Source: a virus
Direction: 5' to 3' (one strand)
Virus record (IMG/VR): IMGVR_UViG_3300020469_000009
DNA: 64,000 bases
Both the position numbers and the translations under genes were made by a program. Below the pieces are notes generated by a model that was given only the letters and a program-made list of their open reading frames with translations, did no database searches and was not told where the DNA came from. The first letter of the stretch is position 1. Each line of letters begins with the position of its first letter. Below are positions 37,664 through 47,037 of this stretch, in pieces.

Positions 37664-38103
37664 GATATCACCTTGCTTTGTGAAAGTTCTTTAAGCATAT
37701 GTACAAGTTGTACATCTTCAAACTCTTCTTTCAGTTCCATCTTATCAATATACCAACCAGCCATAGCTCTACCATCTCTTGTACGGATCATCTTAGGTCT
37801 ACGTGCATCATCGGTCTTTGGACATTCCCACACTTTAAGAGTGTCACTGTTGTCATATTCTAAGAACATCAACCGATCGACATCCATGCATTTACTGACC
37901 TGATTAGTGTGTTTCATATTGACTGTAAAGAAACCTGCCGGATGACGATTCTGAGTCTTAATTTCGACATTAAGTCCATCAGCATCTTTCGCATCTTTTT
38001 CCATATCATATTTGTCATCCGACAGGACGAGGTCATAACGAGCAGCCAGGCATTCTTCGCCTAACTGACCCATTAATTCTTTATTGGTTTTTTGCTTCTG
38101 CAT
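37660..38103 (-). CDS. Putative PD-(D/E)XK nuclease-fold protein
   Basis: G.LGE, D.......VEIKT. Start uncertain. Confidence 0.45.
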   Translation of the reverse strand: MQKQKTNKELMGQLGEECLAARYDLVLSDDKYDMEKDAKDADGLNVEIKTQNRHPAGFFTVNMKHTNQVSKCMDVDRLMFLEYDNSDTLKVWECPKTDDARRPKMIRTRDGRAMAGWYIDKMELKEEFEDVQLVHMLKELSQSKVIS

Positions 38104-38281
38104 AAGAATCTTCAAACTTTTTGACAGCTTGTGTATTATCATGTATCTTATCGTCACATAACTCTAAGACTTTAGCATAGTCTTTTTCTTCTGCAGCATT
38201 TCTTATCTTGTATAGTAATGCTATTTCTTCTAGTACATCAATCATATATTTACCTCGCTTTATTATTATACTATTGTGTTG

Positions 38282-38733
38282 TTAAAAATTTCCTCTTTCG
38301 GGTTGAAAGGTCTTAATGGCATTTTCTCTCCACATGTCTACTACTGAGTCACGGTCATCAAATGCCATTTCTGGGAAGTCACCATCAAAATGTAGAATCA
38401 TATCCTGTAAATGATCACGTTTTAGCTCCACATCTGGTCTAAAATCAGTGTCACTCCTAAAGTATGACCTGTATGGTACTAACCCAGAATCTTTAAGTTG
38501 CTGTAAAGTCTTATCTCTAAGCTTTTTCTTTCTACCACTAGAAACTACAATCTTATATCCAGCATATTCTAGTAAAGCAGCCAGAGTAAAGACTTCTTTT
38601 ACAGGTTTGTCCATAGATACCTTTTCAGGGTCATTGAATGAATCCCAGTCTTTTGGTCTCTGTTCTACAAATCTACGTCTTTCATTGATGTTCATAAGTG
38701 TACCATCAACATCAAAAACTACATATTTACTCA
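38282..38733 (-). CDS. HAD 3'-phosphatase (T4 PseT C-terminal-like)
   Basis: FDVDGTL, SGR, D.RPD..LK, FDDR..VVDMWR. Start approximate (MSKYVV). Confidence 0.8.
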
Positions 38734-38822
38734 TATTACTATCCAACCTTCTGCTAATGCGATTAAAATTCCAATGAACGGTGTAAAACCAATCAAAAAC
38801 CAAATCAATCTTTCTTTATTAC

Positions 38823-39248
38823 TCATGCAACCTTCTCTTTCCTGTACTCGTTTTTATAAATTACTTTACCTGTATTCAGGTTATCATGGTAAACATATCC
38901 ACCACGGTCACCATCAAATCTTCTAATCTTAATCCAATGACCATCTTCATTCTTAAAGAGTCTTGGCTCATAGTAAATGCTAGATTCAGAGAATTCTTTT
39001 TGTGATTTCTCATAAGATGGTACCCAATTATCAGTTTCTACTGACCATTCTAGCACATATTCTCTAGACATTGCATTATCATATTCAATCAATGGTATAA
39101 CTTCTGCTACCACTGATTGAATATTATTAACATCGACATCATCAATAATAAAGTCATGACCACCTTTGTATTTCCAATGACCTTCTTTAGTCAATTGGTC
39201 TACATCGTAGTTTTCCATATATTGTGTTTGTATTACTAATTTTGCCAT
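38823..39248 (-). CDS. Conserved hypothetical phage protein
   Basis: I.TQY.ENY...WK.KGG; SD present. Confidence 0.65.
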   Translation of the reverse strand: MAKLVIQTQYMENYDVDQLTKEGHWKYKGGHDFIIDDVDVNNIQSVVAEVIPLIEYDNAMSREYVLEWSVETDNWVPSYEKSQKEFSESSIYYEPRLFKNEDGHWIKIRRFDGDRGGYVYHDNLNTGKVIYKNEYRKEKVA

Positions 39249-39277
39249 GTTTATCTCCTTGCTATTATTATTATACT

Positions 39278-39580
39278 CTAAGAGCGTCCTTTTTTTCGGT
39301 ACACTGCAAAAGTATCTGCATATTCTTTATGACAGTGCTCTTGTGGCCTAATATATCCAATATCAAGCTTTGAAGTACCTCTGTATTTGATTAAGTAGCC
39401 TTTGCCAAATAACAGTTTAAATGTATCAAGATACTTGATTGGTATACTCTTAAAGATGGATTGCTCCTTGTATGGACTTTTATATCTTTTTATGAATATA
39501 TCACGGGCATTTAAAGCAGCACCGTGAAATAATGCCAATTGATTTTCAAAGCCAATATCTGTAATTCCTGCTTTTATCAT
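39278..39580 (-). CDS. Hypothetical protein
   Basis: ORF track; operon packing. Confidence 0.5.
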   Translation of the reverse strand: MIKAGITDIGFENQLALFHGAALNARDIFIKRYKSPYKEQSIFKSIPIKYLDTFKLLFGKGYLIKYRGTSKLDIGYIRPQEHCHKEYADTFAVYRKKGRS

Positions 39581-39581
39581 G

Positions 39582-39869
39582 TTATACTACCTCCATGATT
39601 GTTAATGGACAATTCCATCTTTGACCATCAATATCAACAATGGCTTTCGATCTTTTGATTTCAAGAATAGTACCAAATTGATCAGCAAATCTTGAGTCGG
39701 AAGTGAATTTGACTTTATCACCTACAACCATAGTTGCTCTAGCATTTCTGTTATTAGCAACTTTAAGATGTCTTTGTGTTTGTTTAACACAATCAATCAC
39801 ATCATTTAGTTCAGCTATCGTTTCGATATCTACCAAAAGTTTAGCTATTTTACTTACTGTTTTACTCAT
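39582..39869 (-). CDS. Hypothetical protein with SH3/KOW-like C-terminus
   Basis: VGDKV.F...G.I..I....A.V...W. Confidence 0.55.
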   Translation of the reverse strand: MSKTVSKIAKLLVDIETIAELNDVIDCVKQTQRHLKVANNRNARATMVVGDKVKFTSDSRFADQFGTILEIKRSKAIVDIDGQRWNCPLTIMEVV

Positions 39870-39878
39870 ATTTTCTCC

Positions 39879-40151
39879 TTATGATTTGTTAGTTAATAAT
39901 TGTTTTCTTGCAGCAAAGTCATTTGCATCAAAGACTGAAAAGTATACTGGTACTTTTTTCTTTGTACCATCTTCTTGTTCTTTCTCTCTGAATCTAACTA
40001 GTCTAGCTACTGCTTTAAGACCTTTTACATTAGAACCTGAAATACCAAAGTATTTGATACCTTGTTTGAAAGTACAAACTTCTTCAACATCACCACATGC
40101 ATCTGCATTTGATCCGCTGTATTCATATCCAGTTGTTATATTAATTGTCAT
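39879..40151 (-). CDS. ArdC N-terminal-like ssDNA-binding domain protein
   Basis: N.TTG..Y.G.N, TFKQ, VKG.K, F.VF pattern. Confidence 0.5.
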   Translation of the reverse strand: MTINITTGYEYSGSNADACGDVEEVCTFKQGIKYFGISGSNVKGLKAVARLVRFREKEQEDGTKKKVPVYFSVFDANDFAARKQLLTNKS

Positions 40152-40159
40152 AGTTTTTT

Positions 40160-40285
40160 TACCTCGTTTTTATTAATTTATAGGTACATTCTATCACGAT
40201 TACGGCCAATTGTAAAGGTTTATTTTGAAAAAAATTCAAGGTTTACTATAGTTTAAGCCATTGATATTACAACTTATGCAAAAAA
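40160..40285 (-). promoter_or_regulatory. Early promoter module, copy 4
   Basis: TTTACA (40216-40211)-17 nt-TAGAAT (40193-40188) plus upstream block. Confidence 0.8.
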
Positions 40286-40302
40286 GTTATATCTTTATAA
40301 CC

Positions 40303-40324
40303 AAAAGTGGCCCTTTCGGGCCAC
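40303..40324 (-). terminator. Rho-independent terminator (GAAA tetraloop)
   Basis: GTGGCCC-GAAA-GGGCCAC-TTTT on the minus strand after the glucosaminidase. Confidence 0.85.
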
Positions 40325-40338
40325 CATTTTGATCAATT

Positions 40339-40899
40339 TTAGTCTATTAATGACACATGTTTGACTCGGTTCTTGACTAGAACCGTGTAGTCGGGATTGG
40401 TGGACCAAGCTTCTAAGTGGTCTACCATATCATATAAGTCAGCTCTAAATGCATAGTACATACTTCTTGCATCTCTAAACTTCTCATAAAAATGTAAGTT
40501 GTTTAGTATTCTCATCATGTCTTGTACACTATGACATTTGGTTTCATACTTTTTAACAGCCCATTTAGTACTAGAGTAGTTAAGTGGTTTTACATGTGGG
40601 CTTTTAAGGTCCCATGTGCGAATGCCAAATAAGTTATTTGCTTCATGAGCAAATCTACTAGTACCATAACCTGTTTCTAGTACTGCCATTGCGGCTACTA
40701 TTTCTACAGGTATTTGGTCTTGTTCATCTAATAATGTATTATGATATGTTGCACACTCTTTAACTGCTAATACAAAGCTATCATTATCATCATAGACAAT
40801 TTTAGGTTGTCCTGTGCTATTAGCATTGTGGGGTATTAACATAAAAAATAGGAACATCATAAACAATGCTCCCCATATTATTAGTTTTTCTTTTATCAT
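40339..40899 (-). CDS. Glucosaminidase (GH73/Bax-like) peptidoglycan hydrolase with N-terminal TM/signal
   Basis: A.LETG.G.SRFA...NNLFGI; W.T.PDY. Confidence 0.85.
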   Translation of the reverse strand: MIKEKLIIWGALFMMFLFFMLIPHNANSTGQPKIVYDDNDSFVLAVKECATYHNTLLDEQDQIPVEIVAAMAVLETGYGTSRFAHEANNLFGIRTWDLKSPHVKPLNYSSTKWAVKKYETKCHSVQDMMRILNNLHFYEKFRDARSMYYAFRADLYDMVDHLEAWSTNPDYTVLVKNRVKHVSLID

Positions 40900-41207
40900 T
40901 TGAAGTAATCCTCCTCTTTCTTCTTTATGTAAGCTTTAAGTTCATGCATATAAGATATTAAGGTCTCGTAAGACTTCTTATGAAATTGATCACGGGTCCT
41001 GTGAAACTTGACCTCATGTAATTCAATTACCTTATTTATAGCAATTATTGAGCTCTCATAGTCTTGTCGGATATACTTCCAAGCTGGAACATCATAGTCA
41101 TCTGTTGATTTTACTGTTTCAACTAACTTACCACGGGTTCCATCTTTCTTTTGTTCATACACAGTTTCTCCACCATCAGGTGATATGTAGATTTTTTCAT
41201 CAGGCAC
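40896..41207 (-). CDS. Hypothetical protein
   Basis: IY.SPDGG.TVY motif. Confidence 0.55.
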   Translation of the reverse strand: MPDEKIYISPDGGETVYEQKKDGTRGKLVETVKSTDDYDVPAWKYIRQDYESSIIAINKVIELHEVKFHRTRDQFHKKSYETLISYMHELKAYIKKKEEDYFK

Positions 41208-41356
41208 TAGACTTCTCCTTTATTATTGCTAACTTGTCAGATAATTCTTGTATTATTTGTCGGTAATCTGCTATTTGTACTCGATAGCTACCACAATCAC
41301 GTTCTAATTCAGTGATTCGGTGTTTAAGTGATTCTACTTCTGGATGTGCTTCCATA

Positions 41357-42865
41357 TTAAACCTCGCTTTCTGTAATTATTATACTATCTCGAAATGATT
41401 TTAATTCAGGAAATGTAGCATTGAAATCAGTGTCTCTACGCTTATCATATTCAGCAATATATTTTACAAAGTCTTGTTCGTTTTGTTGTCTGAACGCATC
41501 TGACCATCTCGTATCACCCTTGAGTGTAGTGATTAACCTATCAATCTTTGTTATCTCATGGTCATTAAATCTACCAATCCTTGCATAGTACTTAGCATCT
41601 TCTAACCATTTTACAGCTGTTGGCATCATTTCTCTTTGAAACAAAAATATCGATAAAAAAGATGGATTACGTAGATATGGAAAATCTATAGTTAGTCTAC
41701 TATACTTTGGTATATTCTTAAGACCCATTTTCGGTGTATCTCTCATAGATGCCATAGATTTTACCCTTGCAACATCTTTTATAAACTCTGTGTATGATGG
41801 CAGACTTAGTGCATTTACTGTAGACATAATTGTGACATGAGACGGTGCATAATCTGTATCAGGCATATTCATAACATACCATTCCAGGTTCCTAATCCAC
41901 TTGTCATAGTCCATGCCAAATCTAATCCATTCTGATGCTGAGCCAAAAGCTTCAGCTGATGTATACATGTGTAGTTTCTTAATTTTCTTTTCAATAACTA
42001 GTCTCTTCAACATACCCATGACTCTTTCCCATAACTTATCTACTATACAAAAGTTAGAGTTAATGTGTAGTTCCATATTCGGTGCTGGATTATCAGTCAA
42101 GAATTCTAGTACTTTGATAGTGTCTTTTGACATAAATGGTTCACCACCAGTTATACGAAATACTTCTAACTTGTCATAGATATCTGGAAACCACTTCCAA
42201 AATGCTTCTACATATCTGTTAGGCTGATTGTTTGGTATTGGCATTTGATTTTGTGATTCAATATACTCTAGATTATTAAATTTACCAGATGTAGGATATG
42301 GACCATGCGACTTTATTTCTTGCATCCATTTAGAAGATATATGTGGTGCACAATACATACATTTAAAATTACATACATTACTAAATGATACTTCTAAATA
42401 AGATGGTGGTATATCAGCAGTAGAATCATTCTTTAATATTTCTGGTATGTATTTTGTAGCCCAAAAATCTCTTGACTTATAATATCTATCAGACAATGCA
42501 TCATCTTTTTTCTTACGGGCATCTTCTACCCGCCAACAATATTCACATTCACGTGGTCTAAATCCGTGTTTCATCTGATCACGCATTTTCATTTTATATT
42601 GTGTGTTATGCAAAGCACTAGGTCTGTTTAATAGTTCTGTCCAAGGTACTTTGTGAGTCCCTGGGTGGTGACAACTTTGTGTATGACCGTTTTGTAAGTG
42701 CAGTGTAGTTTGTTTCCATTTAGCTACACAAAAGGTGGGTGATATTTTATCTAAAGCTGATGCAAAATCTGTATCAGAGACAGCATTTCTACCATGCCTA
42801 ACATTTGATATACGTTCTAGGCTATCGCTATCTAAGTGCTTTAGATTTATTTTTCGATTTTCCAT
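41357..42865 (-). CDS. Radical SAM protein with auxiliary Cys-rich (SPASM/twitch-like) region
   Basis: CNFKCMYC, TGGEP; N-terminal C..KW, SCHH, CEYC. Confidence 0.88.
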   Translation of the reverse strand: MENRKINLKHLDSDSLERISNVRHGRNAVSDTDFASALDKISPTFCVAKWKQTTLHLQNGHTQSCHHPGTHKVPWTELLNRPSALHNTQYKMKMRDQMKHGFRPRECEYCWRVEDARKKKDDALSDRYYKSRDFWATKYIPEILKNDSTADIPPSYLEVSFSNVCNFKCMYCAPHISSKWMQEIKSHGPYPTSGKFNNLEYIESQNQMPIPNNQPNRYVEAFWKWFPDIYDKLEVFRITGGEPFMSKDTIKVLEFLTDNPAPNMELHINSNFCIVDKLWERVMGMLKRLVIEKKIKKLHMYTSAEAFGSASEWIRFGMDYDKWIRNLEWYVMNMPDTDYAPSHVTIMSTVNALSLPSYTEFIKDVARVKSMASMRDTPKMGLKNIPKYSRLTIDFPYLRNPSFLSIFLFQREMMPTAVKWLEDAKYYARIGRFNDHEITKIDRLITTLKGDTRWSDAFRQQNEQDFVKYIAEYDKRRDTDFNATFPELKSFRDSIIITESEV

Positions 42866-43043
42866 TATATACTCGATGTGGCTTTACATCTCCTGATTCA
42901 AATAAACTAAGGTCAGTTTGAGCTTCACCTTCAGTCATATATGGTCCAGAAACTTCTTCCCATTCATTATTATTTATTTGTATTATTGTATAAGCACCGC
43001 CGAATGTAGGTACTACTTTATATTTCGCTGTATTGTGCTGCAT
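42828..43043 (-). CDS. Hypothetical protein
   Basis: ORF overlapping both neighbours in the operon. Confidence 0.45.
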   Translation of the reverse strand: MQHNTAKYKVVPTFGGAYTIIQINNNEWEEVSGPYMTEGEAQTDLSLFESGDVKPHRVYNGKSKNKSKALR

Positions 43044-43689
43044 AAGTACTTTCTTTCATAGCTTCATGCATATTTTGCTTTTGCTTTGCTTGCTGTTTTT
43101 CTTGCAAAAACATTTGTACACCTGCTTCATCTAATTTTTTGAACCATGAAGGCATTGGTGTACCCTTATTCCAATCGCATGGCATATAACTTTGTTTGGC
43201 CATATAGTAATTACGGTATGACTCAACAGGGTCAGGAGTAATACATTCTGGTAAATTAGACATAGCCATAGCAAAATTTGTAAACCCTCTATCTCTAGGT
43301 ATATTGACTGGTGGTTTTTTTAGTCTCTCTAGGAGTAACGATTCAGTTAAATGTGTCTTTTTAAAACGTTTAGTAAATTCATTGCATAGTTCTGCAAATA
43401 ATTCATAGTGCCAATTGTAATTATTTAGTGATTCTCTAGTCCATATAGTGCATGGGTGATTATGATGAACTGCTTTGTATAATAGTTCTTCATCAAGAGG
43501 GTCTGGATGTTCCCAGTACTTTATAATACGTTTGCCTGACTTAGATGGTTTCATAATAGTACTACCATCGCACATACGGTGGGCAGTAGAAATCATTTGT
43601 GCAGATTCTACAATCATCTTTGGGACATGTTTGTCGCAATGCATTTGTGCTGCAATTACTGGGTCTTCATGTAATACAAATACGTTCAC
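43018..43689 (-). CDS. Pyrimidine-dimer DNA glycosylase (DenV-like family)
   Basis: MN.F.L..DP..AA..HCDKH..KM..ESAQ..ST, H.NHPCTIW, YR.YY. Confidence 0.8.
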   Translation of the reverse strand: MNVFVLHEDPVIAAQMHCDKHVPKMIVESAQMISTAHRMCDGSTIMKPSKSGKRIIKYWEHPDPLDEELLYKAVHHNHPCTIWTRESLNNYNWHYELFAELCNEFTKRFKKTHLTESLLLERLKKPPVNIPRDRGFTNFAMAMSNLPECITPDPVESYRNYYMAKQSYMPCDWNKGTPMPSWFKKLDEAGVQMFLQEKQQAKQKQNMHEAMKESTYAAQYSEI

Positions 43690-43892
43690 GTATTATCACC
43701 TTCTGTATAAGTTGCTGTTTTCTGCATATCAAATACACCTTTTGTTTTTTTCGGTGCTTGGTCTTTTGTAATATCAAACAAAGTATATGTTTTTATTCTT
43801 TTGTCTTGTAATGTAAAAATACTCATTGCAACAATAGCCATAGCTAAAGGTGAAAGTATTACTATATAAGCTTGTATTTCGTGTATATCCAT
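43686..43892 (-). CDS. Small TM protein
   Basis: N-terminal hydrophobic helix. Confidence 0.45.
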   Translation of the reverse strand: MDIHEIQAYIVILSPLAMAIVAMSIFTLQDKRIKTYTLFDITKDQAPKKTKGVFDMQKTATYTEGDNT

Positions 43893-44276
43893 TTATAAAT
43901 TATACCACGGATAATGAAAAGTTTTCTTTGGTTCACCTTCCGCATATATTTCCTCCATCACAAAGTGTTTTGGTATAGTTAACAACTGATGTGTTTCTTC
44001 CATCCTATAATTTACAAAACTTAAATCACAGAATTTACTGTTATCTACATGAAATGCTAAGTAAAATGCAGGTAAATCTGCATGTCCAGGTAATATGTTT
44101 ATACCTAGTTTTTTAGCAATTAAGTAAGCTGGTATAATGTCAATAGCTTCTACAGGAAAAATAGCTTTAACATCTTTATCTTTACTTGAAGCAATTTGGT
44201 CAGCTATCTGACTTGACCAACTTACTACTTCTTCCCAGCTTACTGCTGTGCTGCTGCTGTTTGGTTTGAATGCCAT
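43893..44276 (-). CDS. Degenerate phosphoribosyltransferase-like protein
   Basis: SWEE.....IA..I, IPA.LIA..L, C-terminal YPW; PRPP-binding motif not evident. Confidence 0.4.
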   Translation of the reverse strand: MAFKPNSSSTAVSWEEVVSWSSQIADQIASSKDKDVKAIFPVEAIDIIPAYLIAKKLGINILPGHADLPAFYLAFHVDNSKFCDLSFVNYRMEETHQLLTIPKHFVMEEIYAEGEPKKTFHYPWYNL

Positions 44277-44716
44277 ATCTTTTCGTACTCCTTTAATACA
44301 CTATTAGCTACAGGTAATTGTAGAAAGTATGCTTCTATTTCCCAGGGACAGTCTTTGTAATTTACTTTCCTAGTGTCAAATAGTTCACCTTTCCATATCT
44401 TTTTATCTACACTAATATCTCTAACTTCTTTTCTTAAATACTGTTTAATGTGTATACACTCATGTGTAATTGTCACTATTAATTCTTCTAAGTCTTGTAA
44501 TATAGCCTGACTAATAATAATGTTAAATTCATCATCATCTTCTTCATGCATATATCCTACTGCTCTACCCATATCTTCTTCAAGGCCAACTTCTACATTA
44601 ATATAAATTGGTTTTACTCTACGTGGCATAAGTATATCAAATGCATTTTTTATAGCATCATGAATAGCAACACCTTGTCTTGGATCGTTAATACCTACAA
44701 TATCAAGTTCTATCAT
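44240..44716 (-). CDS. HExxH metallopeptidase-like protein
   Basis: THECIHIKQ, Y...PWE.EAY. Confidence 0.75.
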   Translation of the reverse strand: MIELDIVGINDPRQGVAIHDAIKNAFDILMPRRVKPIYINVEVGLEEDMGRAVGYMHEEDDDEFNIIISQAILQDLEELIVTITHECIHIKQYLRKEVRDISVDKKIWKGELFDTRKVNYKDCPWEIEAYFLQLPVANSVLKEYEKIWHSNQTAAAQQ

Positions 44717-45339
44717 TTTCTTTTATACCTCAAAGTTAGTCCTGTTTTTTTACCTGTAAAATTATTAGTACAATGTATTTTTTTATTATCAAATATAATT
44801 ATACTGTTTTCTTCAAATCTATATGTCTTACCTGATAAGTGTTGCCAACACCAAGTTGGAAACTGTGTAAGATGTTCTTTATAAAAAAATTCGTCTATCT
44901 TTCTACCTGTTTTATCTGTAATATTATAATCAAATGGACATCCACTTAATGCTGTATTTACACTGAACCTAGTGACTGGATGTATCATCATCCAAGTTTT
45001 GCTGTCCTCTTCCCATTTTTGGTCAAATATTACTAAACGACCTGTACCATTTGTTTCATCTTGTAATGGTATGACAATATTGACACTATCTTTCCATTCT
45101 TTCTGAAAATCTGTATGTGGATAAAAAGGTTTTGTGTGGCTATAATAATTACCTGATACATAGATAAAATCTGTACCAAGACACTGCCTTATAGTTTCTT
45201 GTACTAAATCTAAAGTCTCAGGTGTGACTGGTGCTTTAGCCATCTCAAATGTGTCATATTCATCAAAGCTATGGTAGATATCTAATAGTTTATTTCTAGT
45301 GTCGTCACTAAATATTTCACTAAGTTGTGCGGTGCGCAT
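44713..45339 (-). CDS. 2OG-Fe(II) oxygenase-like protein
   Basis: PHTD, N.VIPL, IIFD...IHC, K. Confidence 0.6.
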   Translation of the reverse strand: MRTAQLSEIFSDDTRNKLLDIYHSFDEYDTFEMAKAPVTPETLDLVQETIRQCLGTDFIYVSGNYYSHTKPFYPHTDFQKEWKDSVNIVIPLQDETNGTGRLVIFDQKWEEDSKTWMMIHPVTRFSVNTALSGCPFDYNITDKTGRKIDEFFYKEHLTQFPTWCWQHLSGKTYRFEENSIIIFDNKKIHCTNNFTGKKTGLTLRYKRK

Positions 45340-45343
45340 ATTA

Positions 45344-45577
45344 TTACTTTCGTAATAGCTTTCTAAGTATTCTTAGACCTGTTTCTTGTACCCATGAATT
45401 GTCTGGATTTTTATTCATCCATCTTTCAATTTTAGATTCAGCTTCTTCAGTTAAATACTTTTTCTTATACCAAGATGCAAACTCTGGTTCTTCTTTGAAT
45501 AACTCATATACCTCTTTTGCAGGTACTTGGTCTGATCTGATACAGTCAGCATATACTTGAAATTCTTTTTCTTGCAT
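45344..45577 (-). CDS. Hypothetical protein
   Basis: ADCIRSDQVP motif; operon packing. Confidence 0.55.
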   Translation of the reverse strand: MQEKEFQVYADCIRSDQVPAKEVYELFKEEPEFASWYKKKYLTEEAESKIERWMNKNPDNSWVQETGLRILRKLLRK

Positions 45578-46002
45578 TAGTTTCTCCTCATATTTGCTAT
45601 ATCTATAGCAGATTGTTTATCAATAACAGGTACAGCATTAGATTTATGCATTTGAGCAATACCTTTAACTAGTGTACCTGTATATCTTTGTGGCTCTTTC
45701 TTAAATGTATTACCACTCATACCATTCGAAACTGAAGGATACTGCTTTGATGATTTATGTGGAGATTCAGGTTGTTGATATAACTTTCTAGGTGCAGCCT
45801 GTACTTGTACTTTGTACTTGCCGTGGCAATAGTCAATATAGTCATCAAAAGAAAGTATAAAGTCATGTAAGCGATTTGACTTAGCCCATTTGTTATGCTT
45901 TTTCCATTGCACTTGATACTTTGCAATTTTAGCTTTAGTCATTTTGATTTTAGGTTTTTTAGTGTTGAGACCTGGTGTGCCTCTTAGTAAATGCATAGTC
46001 AT
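45577..46002 (-). CDS. Conserved basic phage protein
   Basis: YTG...KGIA.MHKSNAVPV...MRR. Confidence 0.7.
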   Translation of the reverse strand: MTMHLLRGTPGLNTKKPKIKMTKAKIAKYQVQWKKHNKWAKSNRLHDFILSFDDYIDYCHGKYKVQVQAAPRKLYQQPESPHKSSKQYPSVSNGMSGNTFKKEPQRYTGTLVKGIAQMHKSNAVPVIDKQSAIDIANMRRN

Positions 46003-46038
46003 AATAATATCTCCTGTAATATTATTATACTGTTTACG

Positions 46039-47037
46039 TTATAAATTATCGCCAAAGTCCATTGGTTGACTTGATTGTAAGAAGTTTTCTTGTGCCTGTA
46101 TTGAAGCACCATTATTTTTCAATATCTTTCTCATTGCCTTTTGTTCTTCAGATAATGTGGCTGAATTTGGGATATATACTGTTGTTGGAACCCCACAGAT
46201 GAGTGCTAGCAATGCTAATCCATTCAATGAGCCATGGTAATATTTACTATTTTTCAATTTTTTGACAACAGAAATCAAGTCTGTGTTTGTATCACTATCA
46301 AAATTCCATGCATCTGTGTTTTCAGTTTTCCATTTAGTCTTGAACTCTTCACTGAGTCCTACACCTTCACTATCATCACCAAACTTATGTGCATGTGTGT
46401 AATGTGTTTCACCACTACGATATCTTGGTTGTAAGTCAGTTCTTAGTTTTGGAAATGTAAGTGCAGTTGAACCACTACTCTTAAAGAATAAAGATTGGAA
46501 TATATCCATACTTACAGTTATTATCTTATTATCTACACCTCCAGTGGATAATACTTTATCAAGAACAAATTGTACTTCTCTTTTATGCAACTCTGAATCT
46601 GTAGATGCATTATACATATCCACACTATTACCTGTATCACTATCTATCCAAAATACATGTTCATTTGCTAATTCATTATAATTATCTTTGTAAGGTACAA
46701 ATGGTAGCCATCTCATCATTGGATTATTTACCCAGTCACTATCAAAGATAGAGTCCATAGATTTTCTACGATATAATATCTGACCATTACCATCAGAATC
46801 AGGGTACAATACTTTAAATATAGGACTCCATGCTTCTGAATCAGCTCTTTGTGTAGCATTTGGAAAGTAATCTACTAATTGTGATTGTAAGCAAAGCGAA
46901 TGAAATAAACCAAAGTTCACATTATCAGAATCAGTATACTGATAACCTTTTCTACGAGCTTGTTTAGCTTTATGTCTATGTCTTAATAAGACACGAAAAT
47001 TAATGTTTGTAATAAACTTATTTTTATCATCAGCCAT
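46039..47037 (-). CDS. Glycosyltransferase-like (GT9-like C-terminus), DSD-rich
   Basis: YHGS.NGL..LA...GVPT; eight DS[D/E] motifs. Confidence 0.45.
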   Translation of the reverse strand: MADDKNKFITNINFRVLLRHRHKAKQARRKGYQYTDSDNVNFGLFHSLCLQSQLVDYFPNATQRADSEAWSPIFKVLYPDSDGNGQILYRRKSMDSIFDSDWVNNPMMRWLPFVPYKDNYNELANEHVFWIDSDTGNSVDMYNASTDSELHKREVQFVLDKVLSTGGVDNKIITVSMDIFQSLFFKSSGSTALTFPKLRTDLQPRYRSGETHYTHAHKFGDDSEGVGLSEEFKTKWKTENTDAWNFDSDTNTDLISVVKKLKNSKYYHGSLNGLALLALICGVPTTVYIPNSATLSEEQKAMRKILKNNGASIQAQENFLQSSQPMDFGDNL

